From positions 186,001 through 250,000 of the forward strand of contig NIVC01001551.1 in NCBI GenBank assembly GCA_002269645.1: 64,000 nucleotides of DNA. Direction: 5' to 3'. Below, one piece after another: positions 23,681 to 36,841 of the stretch (position 1 is its first letter; every line of letters starts with the position of its first letter). The translations under genes and the position numbers were made by a program. This stretch comes from Macrostomum lignano. Lineage: Eukaryota. The notes below the pieces were generated by a model. The model was not told where the DNA came from, made no database searches, and worked only from the letters and a program-made list of their open reading frames with translations.

Positions 23681-24509
23681 GCCCATGAAACTCAATTGAC
23701 TGGTGCTTAACAACACACAACAGTACTTCCAGAATCTGCTCCTTTATTATTCGTGTCTTTACAACTCGATGTGGTGACGCAAGTCGCGAGATTTCAGTAG
23801 TCACTAGGGCACTATAATGATTCTGAGAGCTTGGGGATTCAGTTATTTGTACCGAAACCAAAATTATTATGCGATAATTTCAATATGAAACACACAAAAT
23901 TGACTTAACTCGTCAAGCTAATCTATGCCCACAGAATGCACAACAATAACAGAATTTGCAAGTATAACATCTGCGAATATGTTATAACATAAACTGGTAT
24001 GCGAAGCCCTGACTGCTTGCGCCATCTTCTTGAGCTAGAATTTTAATTCACTCAAAAGATAATGTAAGCTAGCTCGGAGACTTGCTTGACTTGTTTGCTT
24101 TTGCACCCGGTAGGTAACACAGGAACAATGACCCAGGTAGTTAATATCGTTCATTCACTTATTCATTCACTGGTGAGGGAGTTTGACAAACCTGCCCATA
24201 GAGCAGACGTCCCCTATTAAGACTTAATGGAGAAGGGAAAAATCTGTGTAAATTTTAACCAATTGCTACAGTAGTGTCCTACCCGCTGAGTAAATAGTCT
24301 TTGTAGCAGATGATGCGGAAACTTTGAGCTCACAATCGACTTTTCATATTAAGCATCAATTGTGCTCAAATCAAAGTCTTCAAGGCGTTCAAGCGATGGC
24401 AATTCAATTTCAATTTGTGTAGAAATTTTTATAGCACAATGGTCAGTGCCCGAGCATGGTCTGTGTCTTCTGAGAGGCCCCAGCGGGGCGGCGGTCCCTA
24501 ACTCTGCAG

Positions 24510-27500
24510 GTCCAGCATGCTATCTTGGAAGAACTGACTGACCCTCAATACGTAATCGAGGCCTTAGAAGTCAGTCGGCCTTAAACTAATGGAAGATTTA
24601 ACAAGCATTTTGTTTCAAGGATGCATTTTATTGTCTCTTGCAGGGGCAATTTATTGTTGGAAAAATATTTAGTAAGTCATAAATAAAATTTTCCCACCTA
24701 AAAGATGAGCCTCCGGCCTCCTGTCAGGGTGTCAAAGATGCCACACCCCTTTTGCTTCACCTGTCCATCTGGGGAGGCAAAATATGACTAGTATTGCTGC
24801 AGACAAATTTGCCTGTTTTTGTCACCTCAGCTTGACCAGTGGAACGCAGAGTTCCAGTCCAGCTGTCTCACGCAGAGTCAGGTGCGAAATGTTTATTGCA
24901 GAGGCTGAGAGGCTATCGCAAGAGCTGTTTACTTCGCAATTAAATTTAAATTGGGCGAAGTTTTCTTAGAAAGTGTAGAGGACCATCAGCTGATTCCTCC
25001 ATTATACGCTCGTAGCTGCATTGAATCAGGACATGCCGAATCCGAATGCGTGCGGTTGCTATGGCCTCGAAATTAAACGAAAGTCTCTGTGGATGGCAGT
25101 GACACAACTTGGTCAGTTTCCAGCGCTCTCTCCCTATTAAGCAAAAGGAAAAATTTCATAACACATCCGCCCGGGCTCGCACAAGCGGAGGGCGGGGCTC
25201 CAACATCCAGCTTCATCTAGAAGTCCACTTCATCATTATTAAAAATTGAGAGAGACAGAGAGCCTATATATATGCGTTGTTTATTAGAAATTCTATCTGT
25301 CTTATTAGTTCGGTTTGCCTGTTGGTCTGCCCACGGATACGACCTCACCTCACCTCCCATCCACCCCAGATATTAATTTGCATAGACTATATCGCGATTG
25401 CTTCACAATGTAGAACTCAACTTTTAATTACCGTTTGTTCAGACGGAGGCTATAGGAGTCTGGGACCGATGATGAGGCGGTGCCAATTTTGAGTCTCGGT
25501 TTTGACTGAGCCCCGCCCACTCTGTCTCAGCCTCGATCCTGCAGTTGAATTGGTCACTTTACGGTGGGACTAGTAATTACCTGATGTTGTGTTGAAATAT
25601 TTATTCGATAGAGGAAAGAATATAGAAATTCAATGCCTGCGCTGCTTATAGAAGTATCGCTCACTGGTTTCCGAGAATTCTCTCAAATACTTTCCATCTA
25701 TTTGCCTCTCCGGTCCGCTTCTCTGTTCCATAACTGCCTCTCTCTTCCCACTCCGCCCTCACCTATCCGCTCCCCGATTCTATCTCCGCCTTTGCCTATC
25801 CGCTCCCCGATTCTATCTCCGCCTTTGCCTATCCGCTCCCCGATTCTATCTCCGCCTTTGCCTATCCGCTCCCCGATTCTCTCTCCGCCTTTGCCTATCC
25901 GCTCCCCGATTCTATCTCCGCCCTCACATATCCGCTCCCCGATTCTATCTCCGCCTTTGCCTATCCGCTCCCCGATTCTATCTCCGCCTTTGCCTATCCG
26001 CTCCCCGATTCTCTCTCCGCCTTTGCCTATCCGCTCCCCGATTCTATCTCCGCCCTCACATATCCGCTCCCCGATTCTATCTCCGCCTTTGCCTATCCGC
26101 TCCCCGATTCTATCTCCGCCTTTGCCTATCCGCTCCCCGATTCTCTCTCCGCCTTTGCCTATCCGCTCCCCGATTCTATCTCCGCCTTTGCCTATCCGCT
26201 CCCCGATTCTCTCTCCGCCTTTGCCTATCCGCTCCCCGATTCTATCTCCGCCTTTGCCTATCCGCTCCCCGATTCTATCTCCGCCTTTGCCTATCCGCTC
26301 CCCGATTCTATCTCCGCCCTCACCTATTTGCTGCCCGATTCTATCTCCGCCCTCACCTATCCGCTCCCCGATTCTCTCTCCGCCCTCACCTATCCGCTGC
26401 CCGATTCTATCTCCGTCCTTTACTTCGCCCCTCTACTTCAACTTTCGCCCCTGAGTTTCAATCTCCGCCCCTCAAGTTCAATCTCCGCCCCTCAAGTTCA
26501 ATCTCCGCCCCTCAAGTTCAATCTCCGCCCCTCAAGTTCAATCTCCGCCCCTCAAGTTCAATCTCCGCCCCTCAAGTTTAATCTCCGCCCCTCAAGTTCA
26601 ATCTCCACCCCTTAAGTTCAATCTCCGCCCCTTAAGTTCAATCTCCGCCCCTTAAGTTCAATCTCCGCCCCTTAAGTTCAATCTCCGCCCCTCAAGTTCA
26701 ATCTCCGCCCCTTAAGTTCAATCTCCGCCCCTCAAGTTCAATCTCCGCACCTCAAGTTCAATCTCCGCACCTCAAGTTCAATCTCCGCCCCTCAAGTTCA
26801 ATCTCCGCCCCTCAAGTTCAATCTCCGCCCCTCAAGTTCAATCTCCGCCCCTCAAGTTCAATCTCCGCCCCTCAAGTTTAATCTCCGCCCCTCAAGTTCA
26901 ATCTCCGCCCCTCAAGTTCAATCTCCGCCCCTCAAGTTCAATCTCCGCCCCTCAAGTTCAATCTCCGCACCTCAAGTTCAATCTCCGCCCCTCAAGTTCA
27001 ATCTCCGCCCCTCAAGTTCAATCTCCGCCCCTCAAGTTCAATCTCCGCCCCTCAAGTTCAATCTCCGCCCCTCAAGTTCAATCTCCGCCCCTCAAGTTCA
27101 ATCTCCGCCCCTCAAGTTCAATCTCCGCACCTCAAGTTCAATCTCCGCCCCTCAAGTTCAATCTCCGCCCCTCAAGTTCAATCTCCGCACCTCAAGTTCA
27201 ATCTCCGCCCCTCAAGTTCAATCTCCGCCCCTCAAGTTCAATCTCCGCCCCTCAAGTTCAATCTCCGCCCTCTCCCAGATCTCCGCCACTCCACTTCAAC
27301 TTTCTCTTCATTTAATTGAACTTGAGGACTTTGATCTCTTCGAATCTTATCCAATGAATTCAATCAACAAAGGCAGGGTATAATTGCAGTAATTGCAGTT
27401 TTATCAGTATACTAGTAAATATTAAAACATATATATTTTTGCAAAACAAGCTGCACTCGAAACAAGGCTGTACACAAGCACCAACTCTTTGCGCAAATCC

Positions 27501-27599
27501 GAGATAAACTTCGGATTACAAAACGAACTAAAATCCCTGGCTCAGACAAGAGAATCATTGAGACAGCAACTCGCCAGAAAGACGCGATTTAAAATATAA
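24510..27599 (+). CDS. Uncharacterised multi-exon gene (partial model): candidate exons 24510-24569, 24831-24881, 25030-25111, about 27327-27377, and a terminal exon 27451-27599
   Basis: AG/GT-bounded stop-free segments VQHAILEELTDPQYVIEALE|GTCAGT, LDQWNAEFQSSCLTQSQ|GTGCGA and DMPNPNACGCYGLEIKRKSLWMAVTQL|GTCAGT in compatible phases; coiled-coil-like ALETRLY...RESLRQQLARKTRFKI*. Family not recognised. Confidence 0.4.
25750..26420. repeat. 33-bp minisatellite (CCTATCCGCTCCCCGATTCTATCTCCGCCTTTG)n
   Basis: About 20 units. Confidence 0.95.
26450..27272. repeat. 20-bp minisatellite (CTCAAGTTCAATCTCCGCCC)n
   Basis: About 41 near-perfect units; shares ATCTCCGCC with the adjacent 33-mer. Confidence 0.95.
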
Positions 27600-27654
27600 A
27601 CGATAGAAAGCTGCTATTCATATTGCTGTCAATCAAAATGTCAGGAGATTCAGT

Positions 27655-29142
27655 CTAGCAGGCCGGCTGCTTGTGGCCGCCAAACCTTAGCGGGCTGGAT
27701 GCCGCCGCAGCCAGCAGGTGCAGCTTGCTGGCTGCCGACAACGGCGACCAGAGGCGGCGCAAGCGGTCCTGACAGGCCGGCGCCCGCTGCTGCTTAGCGA
27801 CCAGGCCGGACTGGCGCAGGGCGCGGAGGCTGTCGCGCGGCGACCGGCGCGCCCGACGATGCCGGGATAGCGACAGAGGCGGCGGCGGCTGCTGCTGCTG
27901 CTGCTGCGACGCCGGCGGCGGTGGAGTGGCGACTCTCGAAGGCAGCGCCGCGGCCGACTGGGCAAAGCGAAGCGCCTTCAGCGGCGCCGGCTGGAGCAGC
28001 TTTGTCGATGTCGTCGTCGAAGTCTCCGACTGCGGCGGGGTCGGCGCTGGCATCGGCTGAAGCTTCTTTCGGCCGCCGATCAGCGGCGTCCGCGCCGGGT
28101 CGAACCGGGCGAAAGTGGCGCCTCCTTCAACGTCGCCAGATGGAGCCGCCGCCGCCGCTGCTGATGCCGCCGCTGCCGTCGTTGCTCCGAGGGGGCTGCG
28201 GCTGCGGCTGCGACTCGCCAGGCGGGAGACGGCGCGGCCGAAAGCGGCGCGCAGCGCGCTGCCCAACGAAGCGGCGCGCTGCATGCTGCGCTGCTTTCGT
28301 TCCTGCTGTTGCTGCTGAGGATGAAGCTCCGATTGTCCAGCCTCCTCGGCCTCTTCTTCCTCATCGCAGCCGTACTCAACAGCGTCGCTAGCGGCAACTC
28401 CGACGCAGTCGCCGAATTCAACCAGCAGGGCGGCCAGGCGGGCGGAGCGGGCGGCCTCGGTCGGGGTGGCGGCGCCGCCGGTCAGACAGGGCCCGAGGCA
28501 GACGGCCAGGTTGCCGGCGCTCATCCGGTTGACGTCGGATGCGGCGGCGACACGGCTGAGGAAGCCGCACAGGAGGCGCAGCGAGTGCAGCTGGCGGAGC
28601 GGCAGCAGGAGGCTGGCCAGGCGGAGCGCGCGGACCCGGCGCTGAAGGCCGAGAGCGTCGGGCAGCAGGGCGGCCTCCGCCAGCCAGGCGGGCGCCAGTG
28701 GCTCCGGCAGCTCTCGCAGCCAGGCCTTCAGCACGGCGCTGACGTCGTGAGCCGGGGAGCCGTCGCGAATGCCGCAGCCCCGGTCCAGACGCAGGCGGAG
28801 GTCGCGCTGGCGGAGCCGGGAGCCTTCGAGGCGGAACAGGCCCTCGCAGCGGAGCCGGTCCTCGGCTGACAAGTAGCGGCAGCAGGCGGCGAGCACAGCG
28901 GGCACCTGGCCGATGCCTTCGACCATCGAGCTCGGCTGGTCCTCCAGACGTCGCCCGAAGCACCGGCTGGCGGCGGCAGGCGGCGGTGGCGGTGGCGGCA
29001 GCTGGCGTCGGCGCCAGTCCAGGCGCAGGCCAAATTGTCGTCGGAGCTCGCGCTCGGCGCCGCCCATCGCCCGCCGTCGGGACTCCGGCGACATCTGGCC
29101 GATGTAGTGCTGGCTGCTGGACTCAACAGTTTGCAGTGGCAT
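27655..29142 (-). CDS. Rho GTPase-activating protein, ARHGAP11-like, 495 aa, intronless CDS
   Basis: RhoGAP motifs: VPAVLAACCRYL, EGLFRLEGS (arginine finger), DVSAVLKAWLRELPEPL, NRMSAGNLAVCLGP; N-terminal domain position and a low-complexity tail as in ARHGAP11. Confidence 0.9.
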   Translation of the reverse strand: MPLQTVESSSQHYIGQMSPESRRRAMGGAERELRRQFGLRLDWRRRQLPPPPPPPAAASRCFGRRLEDQPSSMVEGIGQVPAVLAACCRYLSAEDRLRCEGLFRLEGSRLRQRDLRLRLDRGCGIRDGSPAHDVSAVLKAWLRELPEPLAPAWLAEAALLPDALGLQRRVRALRLASLLLPLRQLHSLRLLCGFLSRVAAASDVNRMSAGNLAVCLGPCLTGGAATPTEAARSARLAALLVEFGDCVGVAASDAVEYGCDEEEEAEEAGQSELHPQQQQQERKQRSMQRAASLGSALRAAFGRAVSRLASRSRSRSPLGATTAAAASAAAAAAPSGDVEGGATFARFDPARTPLIGGRKKLQPMPAPTPPQSETSTTTSTKLLQPAPLKALRFAQSAAALPSRVATPPPPASQQQQQQPPPPLSLSRHRRARRSPRDSLRALRQSGLVAKQQRAPACQDRLRRLWSPLSAASKLHLLAAAASSPLRFGGHKQPAC

Positions 29143-29403
29143 TGCGGCAGTGAGTAGTCGAAAATTTTAACTGAGTTTGAAAATGCAAATTTGCTTAGGT
29201 TGGAAAATCCGCTTGCTTTTATATTTATACAGCCATGATTCCCCAGTGCCTTACGAGCGGGTGTTGCATGGTTGGGCTCTTCTCATTGGCTGGCCGGCTG
29301 GACCAATGGGTGAGCGCTGTTCGCCCTGCGGGTGGGAGAAAGGAGCTGTGTGTTGGGAGGTGTCTGAATTTGCGCCTCAGGGAAACTTCGGCTGCTTTTT
29401 AAT

Positions 29404-30111
29404 CATGCTCTGTCTCATGCTCTATCTCATGCTCTATCTCATGCTCTGTCTCATGCTCTGTCTCATGCTCTGTCTCATGCTCTGTCTCATGCTCTGTCTC
29501 ATGCTCTGTCTCATGCTCTGTCTCATGCTCTGTCTCATGCTCTGTCTCATGCTCTGTCTCATGCTCTGTCTCATGCTCTGTCTCATGCTCTGTCTCATGC
29601 TCTGTCTCATGCTCTGTCTCATGCTCTGTCTCATGCTCTGTCTCATGCTCTGTCTCATGCTCTGTCTCATGCTCTGTCTCATGCTCTGTCTCATGCTCTG
29701 TCTCATGCTCTGTCTCATGCTCTGTCTCATGCTCTGTCTCATGCTCTGTCTCATGCTCTGTCTCATGCTCTGTCTCATGCTCTGTCTCATGCTCTGTCTC
29801 ATGCTCTGTCTCATGCTCTGTCTCATGCTCTGTCTCATGCTCTGTCTCATGCTCTGTCTCATGCTCTGTCTCATGCTCTGTCTCATGCTCTGTCTCATGC
29901 TCTGTCTCATGCTCTGTCTCATGCTCTGTCTCATGCTCTGTCTCATGCTCTGTCTCATGCTCTGTCTCATGCTCTGTCTCATGCTCTGTCTCATGCTCTG
30001 TCTCATGCTCTGTCTCATGCTCTGTCTCATGCTCTGTCTCATGCTCTGTCTCATGCTCTGTCTCATGCTCTGTCTCATGCTCTGTCTCATGCTCTGTCTC
30101 ATGCTCTGTCT
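29404..30111. repeat. 12-bp repeat (ATGCTCTGTCTC)n, about 59 almost perfect copies
   Basis: Invariant from 29440 to 30110. Confidence 0.98.
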
Positions 30112-31499
30112 AAACATCAGCCCAGTCCATTCTCCCTCAACCTCCATCTCCATCACTTCTTTTCTCTCTTTCACTCTCTGTCTATCTCTCAATCAGTTGT
30201 TCAGTCTCTCAGTCTCCATCGACTTACATCGGAATTCCACACACAGCCCGCATGGGAATCCTTTGTATCCTCCTATGTTCCCGCTTTACCCAGCGATAGA
30301 GGCCCATTGAAAGTTTTTAGATATGAGTATAAGGTAAAACTGCAACATCAGTTAAAATAATACAAATTTTGTATCTTATTCAGCATTGGCTTTTTGAAAT
30401 TTTACATGAAAGTATAGTGATATCAGATATCCTTTCTATTGGTAGAATGAATTAATGTCTGTGTGGAATTTAACAGATTAATGATAGATATACTTATTAG
30501 GTAAAATAGCTATATAGTAAATTTAGAGAGACAAAGGGTGGGATGCAGTGCTTTTCTGCTCGAGCGTGAAGCTGATGATGATGGGATCAAATGCTGGCTA
30601 TTCGATACAGATCCTCATCTTGAAGAGCGGCGCCAAAACTGTCTTACTGTTAAAGCAGTTCAGAACTCAGTTTAGAGGGATAAGAATCTATCCCTGTCTA
30701 ATACCCAGAAATCCTTCTCTCGGGCGAGTCTGGCGTTACTTCCGCTCGGTCGCTTCTCCATACGAGGCTCCGCATTCTTAGTTAACTCGACGTTCGGCCC
30801 ATGCGGCCCACGCGGACCACGCGAAACAGCGCGGGCGTGACAGGGGGGGGGTCCGATTGATGACATTTTTGATGGCCGAATTTCACAATAATCATTGCTC
30901 GCGATCTGAAAAATCACTGCCGCCTGCACTGCAGAGAGAAATAACTGTTGTGCAATCAAGGAGGCTGCAATTTGAAGTTTCGAGATTTACGATGACAGAC
31001 AATTGTTCTCCAAAAAAGGGTTGAATAATAATTTGAATTGAAATTCTCGCTTCTGCCTCAGTAAGCAGCTGTTTGAAAGCATATCGGGGTGATTTACAAC
31101 GCCAATGTGATGCTGACCACAGAGATGGAGAGGAGCTTTCACAAAATCAAAATTTCGCGAAGAAATCTTTGGCTGAAAAAGTGAATGCTTGAGATTTTTG
31201 GCAGTTTGTAACTTAGATCTCATAATGAAAGCAGTCCTAATGGACAGGAAAATGATATCAAAATACCAGAGTGACTTCAGATATCAACCACAGAAATGAC
31301 TACTGGGGAGAAGGGAGAGAGGAGAGGAGAGGGAAGAGGGGAGAGAGGAGAGAAAAGTAAAAGTGTAGAAAAAAGAGAGGATAGAGGGATGGAATAGAGG
31401 GGAGAGGCGAGAGGCGAGAGAGGAGAGAGGAGAGGGGAAATGTGAGAGGGGAAAGAGGAGAGGGGAGAGGACTGAGAGGAGAGGGTAAAGGGGAGAGCG

Positions 31500-32297
31500 T
31501 CGAGAGGAGTGGAGAGGGTAGAGAGGAGGGGAGGGAGTAGAAAGGAGTGGAGAGGGTAGAGAGGAGTGGAGAGGGTAGAGAGGAGTGGAGAGGGTAGAGA
31601 GGAGTGGAGAGGGTAGAGAGGAGGGGAGAGGGTAGAGAGGAGTGGAGAGGGTAGAGAGGAGGGGAGAGGGTAGAGAGGAGGGGAGAGGGTAGAGAGGAGT
31701 GGAGAGGGTAGAGAGGAGGGGAGAGGGTAGAGAGGAGTGGAGAGGGTAGAGAGGAGGGGAGAGGGTAGAGAGGAGGGGAGAGGGTAGAGAGGAGTGGAGA
31801 GGGTAGAGAGGAGGGGAGAGGGTAGAGAGGAGTGGAGAGGGTAGAGAGGAGGGGAGAGGGTAGAGAGGAGGGGAGAGGGTAGAGAGGAGTGGAGAGGGTA
31901 GAGAGGAGTGGAGAGGGTAGAGAGGAGGGGAGAGGGTAGAGAGGAGGGGGGAGGGTAGAGAGGAGGGGAGAGGGTAGAGAGGAGGGGAGAGGGTAGAGAG
32001 GAGGGGAGAGGGTAGAGAGGAGTGGAGAGGGTAGAGAGGAGTGGAGAGGGTAGAGAGGAGGGGAGAGGGTAGAGAGGAGGGGAGAGGGTAGAGAGGAGTG
32101 GAGAGGGTAGAGAGGAGGGGAGAGGGTAGAGAGGAGTGGAGAGGGTAGAGAGGAGGGGGGAGGGTAGAGAGGAGTGGAGAGGGTAGAGAGGAGGGGGGAG
32201 GGTAGAGAGGAGTGGAGAGGGTAGAGAGGAGTGGAGAGGGTAGAGAGGAGTGGAGAGGGGAGAGAGGAGGGGAGAGGGTAGAGAGGAGGGGAGAGAG
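31500..32297. repeat. 19-bp polypurine minisatellite (GGAGAGGGTAGAGAGGAG[T/G])n
   Basis: Tandem units. Confidence 0.95.
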
Positions 32298-33099
32298 CAA
32301 AGTGCATGAAAATTCCAAAGTTAAAAAGTGAAAAGTGAACGAGATATAGATTTCATAAATGTTGTTGAGAGCTCTATAGTTGCAAGGTGTTGGGAGGGGT
32401 TAAAGAAAAATTCACTGGTCGGTGAGCTGGAGTCTCCCAGAGCCACAGCTCTTCTCACCACCCCACTAGAGACTCTCGTGCCTTCGCTTCGGTTCAATCA
32501 AGAATCTGTTGGATTCTTCGAAGCGAAAATGGAATTCGTCGAGTTTCTAAATTTAATGGCGCTAAACTGATCCTTGAGGCAGCTAAATGGGTAAGCCAGC
32601 GGGAGTCTGCATGGCCTTGAGTTCCTGACTGCGACCTCCAAGCCAGTCTGTATGCCTCGTGGCTTATTTTTGTTTGAAAAAAAATTCGGGGGGGGATGGT
32701 GAGGCAGTTAGTAGAAGAGCGAACGGCTCCCTGAAGCGGCGCATTGTTTCCGTCCTTCTGTTTAGGGTGCCCCCCGCATTCTTAGAAATCGAGCCTCCAG
32801 CGCCTCAAGGCTGAAATGTGCAAATTGATGTTGATAATCAAACCGGAAGGTGGCTCTTTTCTTAACTGTTCTTTTTCGAGCGGAAAATCTCTTCTAGTGG
32901 ACTTTTTGTGTTGCATTGTGCAGGCTTTTGTTTTCAGTAGGCCATGCAGGCCAATGCCCTCAAGCATGCCCTGATCGTGAGGCGCTTTCACATTACCGAA
33001 ATTTCACTTTGCCAAGAAAATCAAATTAGCACGACCACTTTACAACACCGAAATTTTACAAGAGCTTCGCATCGCCTAAAAGATTTTAAACATTCACTT

Positions 33100-33440
33100 T
33101 CATAAGACCTAAACTCTACAAGACCTAAACTTCTTTAGACATTCTCTTTTTAAGATCTTAAATTCACAAGACCTAAACTTAATAGGACCTAAACTTCACG
33201 AGAAGACTTCATAAAACCTAAACTTCATACAACCTAAACTTCATGAAACCTAAACTCTACGAAGCCTAAACTTCATGAAACCTAAAATTTTTAAGACCTA
33301 ACTCCATCAGACCTAAACTTCACGTGACCTAAACTTCGTAAAACCTAATCTCCAAAAGACCTAAACTTCACGAAATCTAAACTTCCTAAGACCTAAAAAT
33401 AAGACCTAAACTTCGCAAGACCTAAACTTCCTTAGACTTG
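33100..33440. repeat. Degenerate repeat of about 21-23 bp with core AGACCTAAACTTC
   Basis: About 15 recurrences of ACCTAAACT. Confidence 0.8.
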
Positions 33441-34089
33441 AACATCTCATATACTAGCTCGTAAAAAATGGTTTGTCGGTAGGTATCTATGTTTTATTGA
33501 ATGTCACCTGAGTGTGCCTTATCTTTGGATACGCAGCCAAACCGGAATATTTTGTTTTAGAAACCCACAGTTTAAAACTCCTTATGGAACAATAAAAATT
33601 AAACAGAAATAATCTAAATACCTTTGTAAAATTTGTTTACCGAAACTGGCTTATCGCACCGACACAGACTTGTTAAATATAAGCCGCTCCTTAGTCCCCT
33701 TATTGATTAATTAATATTCGCTAATGCTCCAAAGCTTTGGCGGCGGTAACACATTCTTAAGTAGCGGGGAGAATTTATTGGAAATCTACGACTTTTGATT
33801 GACGTCATTCGCAACCTCAGCGCTGCGCTTTTCTAGACTGCTTCGTTGACTTCTGTTACCAGTTGCTAGCAAAGGATTACTGCTTGTAGGGGTTTTAAAG
33901 TCGATAATGATTTATGCTTAGTGACTTCTGCACAGCCCTATGTTGTGCCGAGTTTTATAATTTAGATGTTTGTAATCCAATACTTGAAAGGCTGGCGGCG
34001 GGACTTATCGAGCGAAGGAGGGGAGAGGATAGAGCGAGGGATAAACAATGAGATGCGAAAGAGGAAATTGAAATGAAAAAATGGGAGGG

Positions 34090-34908
34090 GGAGAGAGAAA
34101 GGATGAGATAAGGAATGAGAGCGGGAGAGAGAGGGTGGGATAAAGAATGAGAGCGGGAGAGAGAGGGTGGGATAAAGAATGAGAGCGGGAGAGAGAGGGT
34201 TGGGATAAAGAATGAGAGGAGAAGAAGAGGGAGAGATAAGGAATGAGAGCGGGAGAGAGAGGGTGGGATAAAGAATGAGAGGGGAGAGAGAGGGTGGGAT
34301 AAAGAATGAGAGGGGAGAGAGAGGGTGGGATAAACAATGAGAGCGGGAGAGAGGGTGGGATAAAGAATGAGAGGGGAGAGAGAGGGTGGGATAAGGAATG
34401 AGAGCGGGAGAGAGGGTGGGATAAACAATGAGAGCGGGAGAGAGAGGGTGGGATAAACAATGAGAGCGGGAGAGAGAGGGTGGGATAAAGAATGAGAGGG
34501 GGAGAGAGGGTTGGGATAAAAAGTGAGAGGGGAGAGAGAGGGTTGGGATAAAGAATGAGAGCGGGAGAGAGGGTGGGATAAACAATGAGAGCGGGAGAGA
34601 GAGGGTGGGATAAACAATGAGAGCGGGAGAGAGAGGGTGGGATAAACAATGAGAGCGGGAGAGAGAGGGTGGGATAAAAAGTGAGAGGGGAGAGAGAGGG
34701 TTGGGATAAAAAGTGAGAGGGGAGAGAGAGGGTTGGGATAAAAAGTGAGAGGGGAGAGAGAGGGTTGGGATAAAAAGTGAGAGGGGAGAGAGAGGGTTGG
34801 GATAAAAAGTGAGAGGGGAGAGAGAGGGTTGGGATAAAAAGTGAGAGGGGAGAGAGAGGGTTGGGATAAAAAGTAAGAGGGGAGAGAGAGGGTTGGGATA
34901 AAGAATGA
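34090..34908. repeat. About 30-32-bp purine-rich minisatellite (GAGAGCGGGAGAGAGAGGGTGGGATAAAGAAT)n
   Basis: Tandem units. Confidence 0.95.
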
Positions 34909-35384
34909 AAGGGCAAAATTGCGAGTTGCCATTGATTCCCCCAAACAGAAGCAAAATTCAAACTGAGGCTGCTTGACAACTGATCTGAGAAATGCTTTTA
35001 GCTCCTATGGCAGAAGTGGCAGCAAACATTTGAGGTCAGGCCGCCTGTTGAAGTCAAATATTCGAGCCGCATGCATTAGCCAGGCTGTGGCCGAGCGCGA
35101 TAAAAGCCTCTTCTCTCTGACTTGTCCCCATCAAGGCGTCAAGTGGCCTTAATTGACACCCCGCTGCGGGCCGGGACTGGCATTTGCATTTTGCACATTC
35201 GCCACTTTTTCTTTGTCTGATTCTAAGTGGCTGAAATGGAGAAAAAAGTGAAATAGAAGGCGGGAGGCGGTTTTCCCAGGCTGAGGTGCAACTTGACAGC
35301 TTGACTGACATTTGAAGCCTTCTTTGTTGCTAAGGCTGTTTCTGGGATTGTGAATGCGCAAAACTGGCTACTACTTAGATAGAT

Positions 35385-36270
<886 letters not shown>

Positions 36271-36841
36271 GCACAGACAACTGACTCTTGATCGATCACG
36301 TGCTCATTGTAATAAAGAGTCCCCCAGCCTGAACGGGCAAGCAGTTTTTGCGCAGGAGAAACACCAGCATGCCCAAGTATCACTCAGCCCAATTCGAAAT
36401 TGGCCACGACCTGTGTGTACAAAATTGAGGTCGGCCACCGATGCAAGCTGGAGAGCCGGAGCCTCATCAAGTGGCCCGGTATGGCTAATCATATTATTAG
36501 CTGTATACTAAAAACATTGTTGACTGACGGGCGGCGAAATGACGGATCTGTTTGCTCAGGCCGAGCCTTTAACTCGATATTTTTTTAACTGAAATGTTGT
36601 GGTCTCTGATTAGCGATTAGCATAAGCACACGCTGGTTCATTGAGAACAATTGATTAGCACAATAGAGTGAAACGACTGCTCGATTGAAGCTTTTTATTT
36701 TTTGCGCTTTGTTCTGATGCAACTGCTTTTAGAAATGCTTTTTTAAGAGGGACTTCAAGTTGCTTCACTTTGGAATTGTTCGACCTTGTTCGAATTGTTC
36801 GATCATAAAAATCTTCTATACACTAAAAATCGATTGCTTCT

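Noticed and set aside
28309-29126. Antisense and alternative ORFs over the RhoGAP gene (also over DTD1, Frizzled and C12orf56-like exons)
   Set aside because: Expected stop-poor shadows of GC-rich coding sequence.
29177-30310. (MLCL)n and (RQSM)n ORFs
   Set aside because: Translations of a 12-bp non-coding array with no unique coding flanks.
30530-30680. Short + strand open frame (EADDDGIKCWLFDTDPHLEERRQ)
   Set aside because: No convincing splice sites or recognisable homology.
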